Source of the DNA: Escherichia coli
GTDB taxonomy: Bacteria > Pseudomonadota > Gammaproteobacteria > Enterobacterales > Enterobacteriaceae
DNA length: 64,000 nt
Reading direction: 5' to 3' (one strand)
NCBI RefSeq assembly: GCF_048403405.1
Contig: NZ_CP183129.1
Position 1 is the stretch's first letter; every line of letters starts with the position of its first letter. The notes beneath the pieces were generated by a model, which saw only the letters and a program-made list of their open reading frames with translations, was not told where the DNA came from and searched no databases. Position numbers and translations under genes: made by a program. Shown piece after piece: positions 1 through 8,934 of this stretch.

Positions 1-1862
1 TGAATGGTGTCACGCCGCCAGCGGTGCAGCACCTGACCGCCGAAGTCACCGCAGACAGCGGGGAATATCAGGTGCTGGCGCGCTGGGACACGCCGAAGGT
101 GGTGAAGGGCGTGAGCTTCCTGCTCCGTCTGACCGTAACAGCGGATGACGGCAGTGAGCGGCTGGTCAGCACGGCCCGGACGGCGGAAACCACTTACCGC
201 TTCAGGCAGCTGGCGCTGGGGCGTTACACGCTGACGGTCCGGGCGGTAAATGCCCGGGGACAGCAGGGCGATCCGGCGTCGGTATCGTTCCGGATTAACG
301 CACCTGCAAAACCCGCCACCATTGAGCTGACGCCGGGGTATTTTCAGATAACGGCGGTCCCGCGTCTTGCGGTGTATGACCCGACGGTACAGTTTGAATT
401 CTGGTTCTCAGAAAAACGCATCACGAACACAGCACAGGTGGAAAAATCTGCCCGTTATCTGGGGACCGGCAGTCAGTGGACTGTCCAGGGGAGCCGGATT
501 AAGCCGGGGACGGATTTCTGGTTTTACGTGCGAAGCGTCAACCTGGTGGGAAAATCTGCTTTTGTGGAAGCCAGCGGGCAGCCCAGCAATGATGGTGAAG
601 GGTATCTGGAAATTTTCCGGGGGCTGATAGATGAGACGCTTCTGGGCCAGGCACTGAAAGAGCGCATTGATGCTTCAGCGCTGCGTACGGAGGTCACGCA
701 ACTGGAAGAAGACATCCGTCAGCGGATGGACACGGATATCGCAGAAGTGACCCGGAAAATCGGGAAGGCGGAAAACAGCCTCACGCAGCTGGTTGCGAAA
801 AAGAATGAGGACCAGACACTGGCCATCGCGCAGGTGAGCCAGAAAGTGGACCGGGTGAGCAGTGAAATCTCACAGACTGTCAGCCAGGGGCAGTCAGAAA
901 ACGCCCGACAGATAGCACAGGTCCGCCAGTACGTGGATAAAAAAGGGAGTGAAATTACCTCGACCACGGATAAAAAGCTGGGTGACCAGGCCGTGACCAT
1001 ACAGCAAATCCAGCGGGTTCAGTCAGACACGCGCAATGAGCTGAATGCCATGTATATGCTGAAGGTGCAGAAAACAAAAAACGGTATTCCCTATGTGGCC
1101 GGGATTGGCGCGGGGATTGAGGATGTTGATGGTCAGACCCTGAGTAACATTCTGCTGCAGGCCGATCGCATTGCGATGATTACCCCGGAGAACGGCAACA
1201 CCACGCCGCTGTTTGTGGCGCAGGGGAATCAGCTGTTCATGAACGACGTGTTCCTGAAGCGACTGTTTGCGGTGAGCATCACGTCATCCGGCAATCCTCC
1301 GACGTTTTCCCTGACGCCGGATGGCAGGCTGACAGCCCGCAATGCGGATATCAGTGGAGCCATCATGGCGAATACCGGCACGCTCAATAATGTCACCATT
1401 AACAAGAACTGTGTCATCAGAGGGAAACTGTCTGCAAACCAGATTGAAGGCGATCTCGTTAAAACAGTGGGTAAGGCTTTCCCTCGTGACTCCCGTGCAC
1501 CGAAGCGTTGGCCATCAGGAACCATTACCGTCAGGGTTTATGACGATCAGCCGTTTAACCGGCAGATTGTTATTCCGGCGGTGGCTTTCAGCGGTGCCAG
1601 ACATGAGCGGGAGAACAGCGATACTTATTCGTCATGCCGCCTGATAGTGAAGAAAAACGGTGCTGAAATTTATAACCGTACCGCGATGGATAATACGCTG
1701 GTTTACAGTGGTGTTATTGATATGCCTGCTGGTCGCGGCGACATGACGCTGGAGTTTTCTGTATCAGCATGGTGGGTAAATGGCTGGTATCCCACAGCAA
1801 GTATCAGCGATTTGCTGGTTGTTGTGATGAAGAAAGCCACTGCAGGCATCACGATTAGCTGA
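1..1862 (+). CDS. J: Tail tip/host-specificity protein J, C-terminal part (5' end upstream of window)
   Basis: Open frame runs in from the window edge (track ORF 24..1862); translation resembles lambda gpJ-family; followed by lom. Confidence 0.85.
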   Translation, partial: NGVTPPAVQHLTAEVTADSGEYQVLARWDTPKVVKGVSFLLRLTVTADDGSERLVSTARTAETTYRFRQLALGRYTLTVRAVNARGQQGDPASVSFRINAPAKPATIELTPGYFQITAVPRLAVYDPTVQFEFWFSEKRITNTAQVEKSARYLGTGSQWTVQGSRIKPGTDFWFYVRSVNLVGKSAFVEASGQPSNDGEGYLEIFRGLIDETLLGQALKERIDASALRTEVTQLEEDIRQRMDTDIAEVTRKIGKAENSLTQLVAKKNEDQTLAIAQVSQKVDRVSSEISQTVSQGQSENARQIAQVRQYVDKKGSEITSTTDKKLGDQAVTIQQIQRVQSDTRNELNAMYMLKVQKTKNGIPYVAGIGAGIEDVDGQTLSNILLQADRIAMITPENGNTTPLFVAQGNQLFMNDVFLKRLFAVSITSSGNPPTFSLTPDGRLTARNADISGAIMANTGTLNNVTINKNCVIRGKLSANQIEGDLVKTVGKAFPRDSRAPKRWPSGTITVRVYDDQPFNRQIVIPAVAFSGARHERENSDTYSSCRLIVKKNGAEIYNRTAMDNTLVYSGVIDMPAGRGDMTLEFSVSAWWVNGWYPTASISDLLVVVMKKATAGITIS

Positions 1863-1881
1863 ATTTTATAACCCATATACG

Positions 1882-1906
1882 GGCGCCAGAAATGGCGCCT
1901 TTTTTA
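1882..1906 (+). terminator. Intrinsic terminator after J
   Basis: GC hairpin GGCGCC-N6-GGCGCC followed by a T-run. Confidence 0.6.
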
Positions 1907-1929
1907 TTGCAGAAAAGCGAGAGGTAATT

Positions 1930-2529
1930 ATGCGTAAATTATGTGCAGCCATTTTGTCCGCAGCCATCTGTCTGTCCGTATCCGGTGCGCCTGCATGGGC
2001 GTCTGAACATCAGTCCACACTGAGCGCGGGGTATCTTCATGCCCGTACGAACGCTCCCGGCAGCGATAATCTGAACGGGATTAACGTGAAATACCGTTAT
2101 GAGTTTACGGACGCGCTGGGGCTGATTACGTCCTTCAGTTATGCCAATGCTGAGGATGAGCAAAAAACGCACTACAGCGATACCCGCTGGCATGAAGATT
2201 CCGTGCGTAACCGCTGGTTCAGCGTGATGGCGGGGCCGTCTGTACGCGTGAATGAATGGTTCAGCGCGTATGCGATGGTGGGTGTGGCTTACAGCCGTGT
2301 GTCGACTTTCTCCGGGGATTATCTCCGCGTAACTGACAACAAGGGGAAAACGCACGATGTGCTGACCGGAAGTGATGACGGTCGCCACAGCAACACGTCT
2401 CTGGCGTGGGGGGCTGGCGTGCAGTTTAACCCGACCGAATCCGTAACCATTGACCTTGCTTATGAAGGTTCCGGTAGTGGCGACTGGCGAACGGATGCAT
2501 TTATTGTTGGTATCGGATACCGTTTCTGA
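1930..2529 (+). CDS. lom: Lom/Ail/PagC-family outer-membrane protein (phage moron)
   Basis: 199 aa with N-terminal signal peptide; INVKYRYE and C-terminal YEGSGSGDWRTD..GYRF motifs as in lambda Lom. Confidence 0.9.
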   Translation: MRKLCAAILSAAICLSVSGAPAWASEHQSTLSAGYLHARTNAPGSDNLNGINVKYRYEFTDALGLITSFSYANAEDEQKTHYSDTRWHEDSVRNRWFSVMAGPSVRVNEWFSAYAMVGVAYSRVSTFSGDYLRVTDNKGKTHDVLTGSDDGRHSNTSLAWGAGVQFNPTESVTIDLAYEGSGSGDWRTDAFIVGIGYRF

Positions 2530-2635
2530 CAACAGACGCCGATTTATCTTCTGTAAATATTGTTATGATACGCAGGTTCATCCACCTTATGGGGTGAACT
2601 GCGTTTGAGGAAACGTAAAGTTACACTGTCCTGAA

Positions 2636-2667
2636 GCCCGTGGCGTCACTGCTGCGGGCTTTTTTTA
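2636..2667 (+). terminator. Intrinsic terminator after lom
   Basis: Hairpin AAGCCCG..CGGGCTT followed by TTTTTTT. Confidence 0.6.
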
Positions 2668-2680
2668 TTGGTGGAAAAGT

Positions 2681-5600
2681 ATGACAGTAAAAATTTCTGG
2701 CGTGCTTAAAGATGGCACAGGAAAACCAGTACAGAACTGCACCATTGTGCTGAAGGCCAGACGAACCAGCAGCACGGTGGTGGTGAACACGGTGGCCTCT
2801 GAAAATCCGGATGAAGCCGGACGTTACAGCATGGATGTTGAGCATGGCCAGTACAGCGTCACCCTGCTGGTTGAAGGTTTTCCGCCTTCACATGCCGGGA
2901 CCATTACCGTCTATGAAGGTTCCAGACCAGGTACGCTGAATGATTTTCTCGGTGCCATGACGGAGGATGATGTCCGACCGGAGGCACTGCGCCGCTTTGA
3001 GCAGATGGTGGAAGAGGTGTCACGTAACGCCTCCGCGGTTGCACAGAATACGGCAGCCGCGAAAAAATCAGCCAGCGATGCCAGTGCATCAGCCAGCGAG
3101 GCGGCAACTCATGCAACCGATGCTGCAGCCTCAGCACGTGCCGCCAGCACGTCAGCCGGACAGGCCGCGTCGTCGGCTCAGTCAGCGTCTTCCAGCGCAG
3201 GAACGGCATCGACAAAGGCCCGTGAAGCAGCAAAAAGTGCTGCTGCTGCAGAGTCATCAAAAAGCGCGGCAGCTACCAGCGCCAGTGCCGCGAAAACGTC
3301 AGAAACGAATGCCGCAGCATCACAAAAATCGGCAGCCACTTCTGCATCCACAGCGACCATGAAGGCGTCAGAAGCTGCCACCTCGGCACGGGGTGCGGCG
3401 GCCTCAAAAGAGGCAGCGAAATCTTCAGAAACGAATGCATCATCAAGTGCCAGTAGTGCAGCTTCCTCGGCAACGGCGGCAGGAAATTCCGCGAAGGCGG
3501 CAAAAACGTCCGAGACGAACGCTAAGTCTTCTGAAACAGCAGCGGGACAGAGCGCCTCAGCTGCGGCAGGTTCAAAAACAGCGGCTGCATTATCTGCCAG
3601 TGCCGCGTCAACAAGTGCCGGGCAGGCCTCAGCCAGTGCCACCGCCGCCGGAAAATCGGCAGAAAGCGCCGCATCATCCGCTTCAACAGCCACAACGAAG
3701 GCTGGCAAAGCCACTGAGCAAGCCACTGCAGCAGCGAGGTCTGCTTCTGCAGCAAAAACCTCTGAAACAAATGCAAAGACTTCAGCAGACAATGCTGCTT
3801 CCTCTAAGGCGGCAGCCGCATCGTCAGCCAGTTCAGCGGCGTCATCGGCATCATCTGCGTCTGCTTCAAAAGATGAGGCGACCAGACAAGCGTCAGCAGC
3901 GAAAGGTAGTGCCACGACAGCAACAACGAAAGCATCAGAGGCGGCAGGCAGTGCGACGGCTGCATCTCAGAGCAAAGTTGCTGCTGAATCCGCGGCAACG
4001 CGCGCCGAGACAGCAGCAAAACGGGCAGAGGATATTGCATCCGCCGTGGCGCTGGAGGATGCGAGCACGACGAAAAAGGGGATAGTACAGCTCAGCAGTG
4101 CAACAAACAGCACCAGTGAAAAGCTGGCGGCAACGCCAAAGGCAGTTAAAACTGTTAAAGATAGTTCAGTTCAAAAAACTGGCGACACAATGGGAGGGCA
4201 GTTAAAAATCAGCACGATAAATGCTCTTCGAATATTCAACCAAGCCTTTGGCCTTATTTTTAGGCGTTCCGAAGATCATCTTCATCTTATTCCGACTAAT
4301 GAAGGGGAGGGGGAAAATGGAGACATCGGTTCATTAAGACCATTCTCTATAAACTTAAGATCAGGGTTGGTGTCCATCGGTAATGGACTAAAAGTTGGTG
4401 GTAGTGTTACTGGTAATTTGACCGGAAACGCAGATACTGCGACCAAGATCAAGACAGCACGTAAGATTGGGGGCGTGGCATTTGATGGATCGGCAGATAT
4501 CAACTTGCCTGGAGTCAACGCTACCGGTAATCAAAACACTACAGGTAATGCTGCGACCGCCACGAAACTTCAGGCAGCCAGAACGATTAACGGTGTGTCA
4601 TTTGATGGTAGTGCAAATATCACATTGACCCCTTCAAATATTGGGGCATTGGCATTAACTGGAGGGACTCTTTCAGGTGGTTTAACTGCTGCTGGTGAGG
4701 TTATTTCAAGGTCAGCAAATGGTCTGCGTATTGCCTATGGCAACTATGGATTCTTTATCCGAAATGATGGATCAAACACATATTTTATGTTGACAGATTC
4801 GGGTAACAGTCTTGGTACGCACAATAGCTTAAGGCCGTTTATAATTAGTAACCATACTGGCAATGTTACAATTGCAACTAAATTAAACGCGAGTGGTGGT
4901 ATCACTGGATCTTTATCGGGTAATGCAAGCACAGCAACCAAATTGCAAACTGCAAGGACAATTAACGGCGTAAAATTTGACGGCTCGGCAAATATTGAAG
5001 CGTTTCCGCCAGGTGTTCCGCTGCCGTGGCCATCAGATACACCACCTGCAGGTTATGCGATCATGCAGGGGCAGACGTTTGATAAGGCAGCATATCCGAA
5101 ACTGGCTATTGCCTATCCTTCAGGTGTTATTCCAGATATGCGCGGCTGGACAATCAAGGGCAAACCCGCCAGTGGCCGGGCCGTATTGTCTCAGGAACAG
5201 GACGGCATAAAATCGCACACCCACAGCGCCAGCGCATCCAGTACGGATTTGGGGACGAAAACCACATCGTCGTTTGATTACGGCACTAAATCCACGAATA
5301 ACACCGGGGCGCATACGCACAGTCTGAGTGGCTCTACGGGGTCTGCCGGTGTTCATACTCATGGTAATGGTATTCGTTGGCCAGGAGGCGGCGGTTCTGC
5401 GTTAGCATTTTATGATGGCGGTGGGTTCACTTATGTCCAGAATTCACAGTATCAAGTAAGCCCGGAGACTTCTTCCTATAGATCGTATTATCAACGTATT
5501 CAGACACAGTCAGCAGGTGCTCATACCCACTCGCTGTCTGGTACTGCAGCAAGTTCTGGCGCACATGCACATACTGTAGGTATTGGTGCGCATACGCACT

Positions 5601-5707
5601 CCGTTGCGATTGGTTCACATGGACACACCATCACCGTTAACGCTGCGGGTAACGCGGAAAACACCGTCAAAAACATCGCATTTAACTATATTGTGAGGCT
5701 TGCATAA
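2681..5707 (+). CDS. stf: Side tail fibre protein
   Basis: 1008 aa; N-terminus [22 protein letters not shown] and C-terminus ..[11 protein letters not shown] match lambda Stf as recalled; stop overlaps tfa start (TAATG). Confidence 0.9.
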   Translation: MTVKISGVLKDGTGKPVQNCTIVLKARRTSSTVVVNTVASENPDEAGRYSMDVEHGQYSVTLLVEGFPPSHAGTITVYEGSRPGTLNDFLGAMTEDDVRPEALRRFEQMVEEVSRNASAVAQNTAAAKKSASDASASASEAATHATDAAASARAASTSAGQAASSAQSASSSAGTASTKAREAAKSAAAAESSKSAAATSASAAKTSETNAAASQKSAATSASTATMKASEAATSARGAAASKEAAKSSETNASSSASSAASSATAAGNSAKAAKTSETNAKSSETAAGQSASAAAGSKTAAALSASAASTSAGQASASATAAGKSAESAASSASTATTKAGKATEQATAAARSASAAKTSETNAKTSADNAASSKAAAASSASSAASSASSASASKDEATRQASAAKGSATTATTKASEAAGSATAASQSKVAAESAATRAETAAKRAEDIASAVALEDASTTKKGIVQLSSATNSTSEKLAATPKAVKTVKDSSVQKTGDTMGGQLKISTINALRIFNQAFGLIFRRSEDHLHLIPTNEGEGENGDIGSLRPFSINLRSGLVSIGNGLKVGGSVTGNLTGNADTATKIKTARKIGGVAFDGSADINLPGVNATGNQNTTGNAATATKLQAARTINGVSFDGSANITLTPSNIGALALTGGTLSGGLTAAGEVISRSANGLRIAYGNYGFFIRNDGSNTYFMLTDSGNSLGTHNSLRPFIISNHTGNVTIATKLNASGGITGSLSGNASTATKLQTARTINGVKFDGSANIEAFPPGVPLPWPSDTPPAGYAIMQGQTFDKAAYPKLAIAYPSGVIPDMRGWTIKGKPASGRAVLSQEQDGIKSHTHSASASSTDLGTKTTSSFDYGTKSTNNTGAHTHSLSGSTGSAGVHTHGNGIRWPGGGGSALAFYDGGGFTYVQNSQYQVSPETSSYRSYYQRIQTQSAGAHTHSLSGTAASSGAHAHTVGIGAHTHSVAIGSHGHTITVNAAGNAENTVKNIAFNYIVRLA
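3040..4060. repeat. GC-rich Ala/Ser-rich repetitive coding region inside stf with recurring AAKTSETNA units
   Basis: Near-identical DNA blocks (..aaaacgtcagaaacgaatgc..) recur at ~3293, 3418, 3498, 3751. Confidence 0.7.
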
Positions 5708-6291
5708 TGGCATTCAGAATGAGTGAACAAGCACGGACCATAAAAATTTATAATCTGCTGGCCGGAACTAATGAATTTATTGGTGAAGGTGACGCATATA
5801 TTCCGCCTCATACAGGTCTGCCAGCAAACAGTACCGATATTGCACCACCAGATATTCCTGCTGGCTTTGTGGCTGTTTTCAACAGTGATGAGGCATCGTG
5901 GCATCTCGTTGAAGACCATCGGGGGAAAACGGTTTATGACGTAGCGTCAGGGGACGAGTTATTTATTTCTGAACTCGGTCCGTTACCGGAAAATGTTACC
6001 TGGTTATCGCCGGAAGGGGAGTTTCAGAAGTGGAACGGCACAGCCTGGGTGAAGGATACGGAAGCAGAAAAACTGTTCCGGATCCGGGAGGCGGAAGAAA
6101 CAAAAAACAACCTGATGCAGGTAGCCAGTGAGCATATTGCGCCGCTTCAGGATGCTGCAGATCTGGAAATTGCAACGGAGGAAGAAACCTCATTGCTGGA
6201 AGCCTGGAAAAAGTATCGGGTGTTGCTGAACCGTGTTGATACATCAACTGCACCTGATATTGAGTGGCCTACGAACCCTGTCAGGGAGTAA
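5707..6291 (+). CDS. tfa: Tail fibre assembly protein
   Basis: 194 aa; [38 protein letters not shown] matches lambda Tfa as recalled. Confidence 0.9.
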   Translation: MAFRMSEQARTIKIYNLLAGTNEFIGEGDAYIPPHTGLPANSTDIAPPDIPAGFVAVFNSDEASWHLVEDHRGKTVYDVASGDELFISELGPLPENVTWLSPEGEFQKWNGTAWVKDTEAEKLFRIREAEETKNNLMQVASEHIAPLQDAADLEIATEEETSLLEAWKKYRVLLNRVDTSTAPDIEWPTNPVRE

Positions 6292-6342
6292 TCATTGGGA
6301 TTATGCCGCAGCACGTCTTAAGCAAGAACGTGCTGCGGTTGG
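6131..6342 (+). repeat. Direct repeat copy 1: tfa 3' end plus downstream 11-bp-stem palindrome
   Basis: About 210 bp repeated at 7182..7391; last ~95 bp nearly identical by eye. Confidence 0.85.
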
Positions 6343-6345
6343 ATG

Positions 6346-7014
6346 CTATTTTTTCCCTGAAGCGGAAAACATTACTACAGTACCTTGAACCTTGGTTTTA
6401 ACATTCTCGAAATGCTCTGAGAGTATATGTGTTAAGCCTTCTTCGGAATCTTTTGTGTTTGAAAAGATGCCTTTCTGATTGTAAATGCGCATCAGTTTTT
6501 GACCGAAGCTATTGTGCACAACTCCATCGCCAAGAATTGTGGCTCCGTATAGAGTTCCATCGTCAGTTAAGGCCTGCGCCGCATTGCGTATTACACAGCT
6601 TTTTGTAGATATATTTCCAGGCAGGCAGTGAAGAAGGTAAAACATGGAAATGGAATCAAATTGACCATGTAACGCCGCGGGATAAGGTTCAAAAACATCA
6701 TGGCTAATTTTATGTTTAATTTTTGATTCCCCAGCCCTTGTAGATGCCGCGTTCAGGCTAGCTTCGTTCAAATCCATTAAAGATATCAGACTACTCTCAG
6801 GTACGTGAGTAAGGTAAAACCCAGTTCCAACACCAATATCCAGATGGTTGTTACCTACATGTTCCAGAAAGTGTGGAAGAAGGTGTTCCTTTGTAGGACA
6901 TCCCCATGCAAGCCGATTTGATACTCCCAAAACCCACCAGTCATAAAGCTTTAGGGTAAGTGGTGTGTAAATTTTAGCCCCATCATCTGTGTTTTTTTTC
7001 ATTGATTTCACCAT
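6346..7014 (-). CDS. Class I SAM-dependent methyltransferase, substrate unknown (prophage cargo gene)
   Basis: Rossmann motif I LDIGVGTG and downstream acidic residue (LMDLNE); AT-rich by eye; a second ATG 4 codons in (MKKNT, end 7002) has the better SD (GGTGA). Confidence 0.7.
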   Translation of the reverse strand: MVKSMKKNTDDGAKIYTPLTLKLYDWWVLGVSNRLAWGCPTKEHLLPHFLEHVGNNHLDIGVGTGFYLTHVPESSLISLMDLNEASLNAASTRAGESKIKHKISHDVFEPYPAALHGQFDSISMFYLLHCLPGNISTKSCVIRNAAQALTDDGTLYGATILGDGVVHNSFGQKLMRIYNQKGIFSNTKDSEEGLTHILSEHFENVKTKVQGTVVMFSASGKK

Positions 7015-7070
7015 GTTATAGTTTTATTTGTGAATTAAATCAATTATGGCGATGAATTACAAGGGGTTAA

Positions 7071-7340
7071 ATGCTGCCGCAGCATAGCGATATTGAAATA
7101 GCCTGGTATGCTTCGATACAGCAGGAGCCGAATGGCTGGAAGACCGTCACCACACAGTTCTACATCCAGGAATTCAGTGAGTATATTGCGCCACTGCAGG
7201 ATGCTGTAGATCTGGAAATCGCAACGGAGGAAGAAAGATCGTTGCTGGAGGCATGGAATAAATATCGGGTATTGTTGAATCGTGTTGATACATCAACTGC
7301 ACCTGATATTGAGTGGCCTGCAAATCCTGTCAGGGAGTAA
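7071..7340 (+). pseudogene. tfa remnant: C-terminal ~55 codons of a tail fibre assembly gene fused to an unrelated N-terminus
   Basis: C-terminal translation ..[51 protein letters not shown] parallels the Tfa C-terminus. Confidence 0.55.
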
Positions 7341-7391
7341 TCATTGGGATTATGCCGCAGCACGTCTTAAGCAAGAACGTGCTGCGGTTGG
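7182..7391 (+). repeat. Direct repeat copy 2 (see 6131..6342)
   Basis: Same sequence block including the palindrome CCGCAGCACGT-N11-ACGTGCTGCGG. Confidence 0.85.
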
Positions 7392-7455
7392 CTGGTGAAC
7401 TTTCGATAGTGCGAGTATTGAATGATTTCCAGCCGTTACCGATTTTACGTGTTAA

Positions 7456-7704
7456 TTAGTGAACAAACCACTCGTCAGCAGACTCCCAGGTATCTTTCAG
7501 AGTTTCCTGAACAAAAGTTTTAGCTGAATCTTTATCGGCGGTGCGCGTAACAGAAAGGCCATCGTTGCTGGTAGCTTTTACGATCACCTCTACATCGTCA
7601 TAACGTTTACTGATGCGTCGGGTTAATTCTTCCTTTAACGCATCCACAGCACCGGTTGGCATTTTAGTCATTTTTTCTTTGGCTATGCAGATTTCAATAC
7701 GCAT
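7456..7704 (-). CDS. DinI-like protein (SOS-inducible, prophage-encoded)
   Basis: 82 aa; MRIE..IAK...GA(V/I)DAL..EL.RRI and C-terminal [13 protein letters not shown] match the DinI family. Confidence 0.85.
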   Translation of the reverse strand: MRIEICIAKEKMTKMPTGAVDALKEELTRRISKRYDDVEVIVKATSNDGLSVTRTADKDSAKTFVQETLKDTWESADEWFVH

Positions 7705-7719
7705 AAAAGTCCCTCTACA

Positions 7720-7735
7720 CTGTGTTTGTATACAG
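7720..7735 (-). promoter_or_regulatory. LexA box (SOS operator) ahead of the dinI-like gene
   Basis: CTGT-N8-ACAG (cactgtgtttgtatacagta) 16 bp upstream of the start codon. Confidence 0.75.
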
Positions 7736-7747
7736 TATCATTTTTAA

Positions 7748-7763
7748 CTGTATGGATAAACAG
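7748..7763 (-). promoter_or_regulatory. Second LexA box in tandem
   Basis: CTGT-atggataa-ACAG. Confidence 0.65.
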
Positions 7764-7790
7764 TGTCAAGGGTGAAGGAAAGTGATTTTT

Positions 7791-7849
7791 TGGGGCATGC
7801 ATGGGGCAAAAATATTTGTTGTGGGGCATTTTGGGGCATGATTGGGACA
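7791..7849. repeat. Array of four perfect and one degenerate TGGGGCA direct repeats near the prophage-host junction
   Basis: TGGGGCA at 7791, 7802, 7822, 7832; TTGGGACA at 7842. Confidence 0.8.
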
Positions 7850-7951
7850 CTTTGTTACATATGAACTTTGCCGATTTTTATATGACATGGAAATACAACG
7901 CTTTGATTCTTCTAAATAAAAAACATGCTCTTGGGCGTTCTTTAGTGATTT

Positions 7952-8062
7952 TTAAAAATTCCGTATCACGCAGTTAAAGTGGCGGGCATACTCTTCAAGG
8001 CTGGTGATCCCCAACCGCACCCATTTAGGATGCGACCATTGCGGCAGACCGATGTAAATCAT
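7952..8062 (-). pseudogene. yecE: Truncated yecE (first ~32 codons retained, then disrupted by the prophage)
   Basis: Minus-strand translation [32 protein letters not shown] then diverges and stops; ATG overlaps yecD stop (ATGA). Confidence 0.6.
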
Positions 8063-8640
8063 AATGCGTTGAGGATCTCTTCCACACTGCGCACACGGGC
8101 GATGCGTGGGTAGATATGGTTGATGCTGTTATTGTGCTGCTCGGCGCTGGCGGCGCTGCAGGCGTCTTCGGCAATCACCAGATTAAAACCGAGTTCCCAG
8201 GCATTGCGGGCGGTGGATTCAACACCGATATTGGTCGAGATCCCACATAATACTATTGTATCGATACCCCGGCGGCGTAATTGCAACTCCAGATCCGTAC
8301 CGTAAAACGCACCCCATTGATGTTTGATGATTTCGATATCGCTGTCGGTTGCACCTAATGCAGCAGGATGTTGCCACCAGTTTTCGGGTAACACTTTAGC
8401 AGGGGAGGGGACATCAACCGGCTGTTTTAATGCTTCGGCATAATCGGCAGACCAGCCAACGCGCACCAGAAACACGGGCTGACCGCTCGCGCGAAATTTC
8501 GCCGCCAGCTTCCCGGCGCGATTAACCACCTCATCGGCAGTATGTGGACCTCCGGCAAAAGGTAAGATGCCTTCTTGTAAATCAATCACCACCAGCGCAG
8601 TGGTTTTAGCATTAAGTTCAAGCATGATGACTCCTGACAA
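8059..8640 (-). CDS. yecD: Isochorismatase-family hydrolase YecD
   Basis: 193-aa ORF (K-12 form starts at MLELNAK, 8625); position next to aspS. Confidence 0.85.
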   Translation of the reverse strand: MSGVIMLELNAKTTALVVIDLQEGILPFAGGPHTADEVVNRAGKLAAKFRASGQPVFLVRVGWSADYAEALKQPVDVPSPAKVLPENWWQHPAALGATDSDIEIIKHQWGAFYGTDLELQLRRRGIDTIVLCGISTNIGVESTARNAWELGFNLVIAEDACSAASAEQHNNSINHIYPRIARVRSVEEILNAL

Positions 8641-8934
8641 AACAAAATCGTGCCTCTCACCTTAATGCGATTAGCCGATGGCGGAACGACAAATTTTGTT
8701 AATTTTTATGAGTTCGGGCAACACCTTTATAGCAAACTGGCGTAGAGTCTGATTTCAGGCCCGATATAAAGTGGTAACGAGGTGTTCCAGCGCGGGCCAG
8801 GCTCTTACGGTGCGGCAGAATTTCCAGTATAATAGCCGCCTTTTTTCATTCAGTTGTGACATACAGCTAACGCTGCGACTTGGTCACCTGCGCAGCAGGG
8901 GGCATCCGCCGGCAGCTAAGTTAAGGGATATCTC

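Larger units (their letters stand above)
1..7965. mobile_element. Right (tail-fibre/cargo) arm of a lambda-like prophage; left end lies outside the window; right boundary approximate
   Basis: Lambda gene order J-lom-stf-tfa followed by AT-rich cargo; host yecE reading frame breaks at ~7965. Confidence 0.8.

Noticed and set aside
2904-4085. Multiple long ORFs on both strands inside stf (e.g. 3178..3915 minus, 3393..4085 plus)
   Set aside because: They lie within the GC-rich Ala/Ser repeat region of stf; the repetitive GCN-rich codon usage leaves alternative frames open. Translations are low-complexity (Arg/Gln/Pro- or Ala-rich) with no start context.
6306-6338. Palindrome after tfa as an intrinsic terminator
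   Set aside because: Perfect 11-bp stem but no U-tract on either strand; kept only as part of the duplicated block.
6346-7014. Methyltransferase as part of a restriction-modification or other DNA-modification system
   Set aside because: No (D/N)PPY or cytosine-C5 motifs and no adjacent nuclease or specificity gene; more consistent with a non-DNA substrate, though this cannot be excluded from sequence alone.
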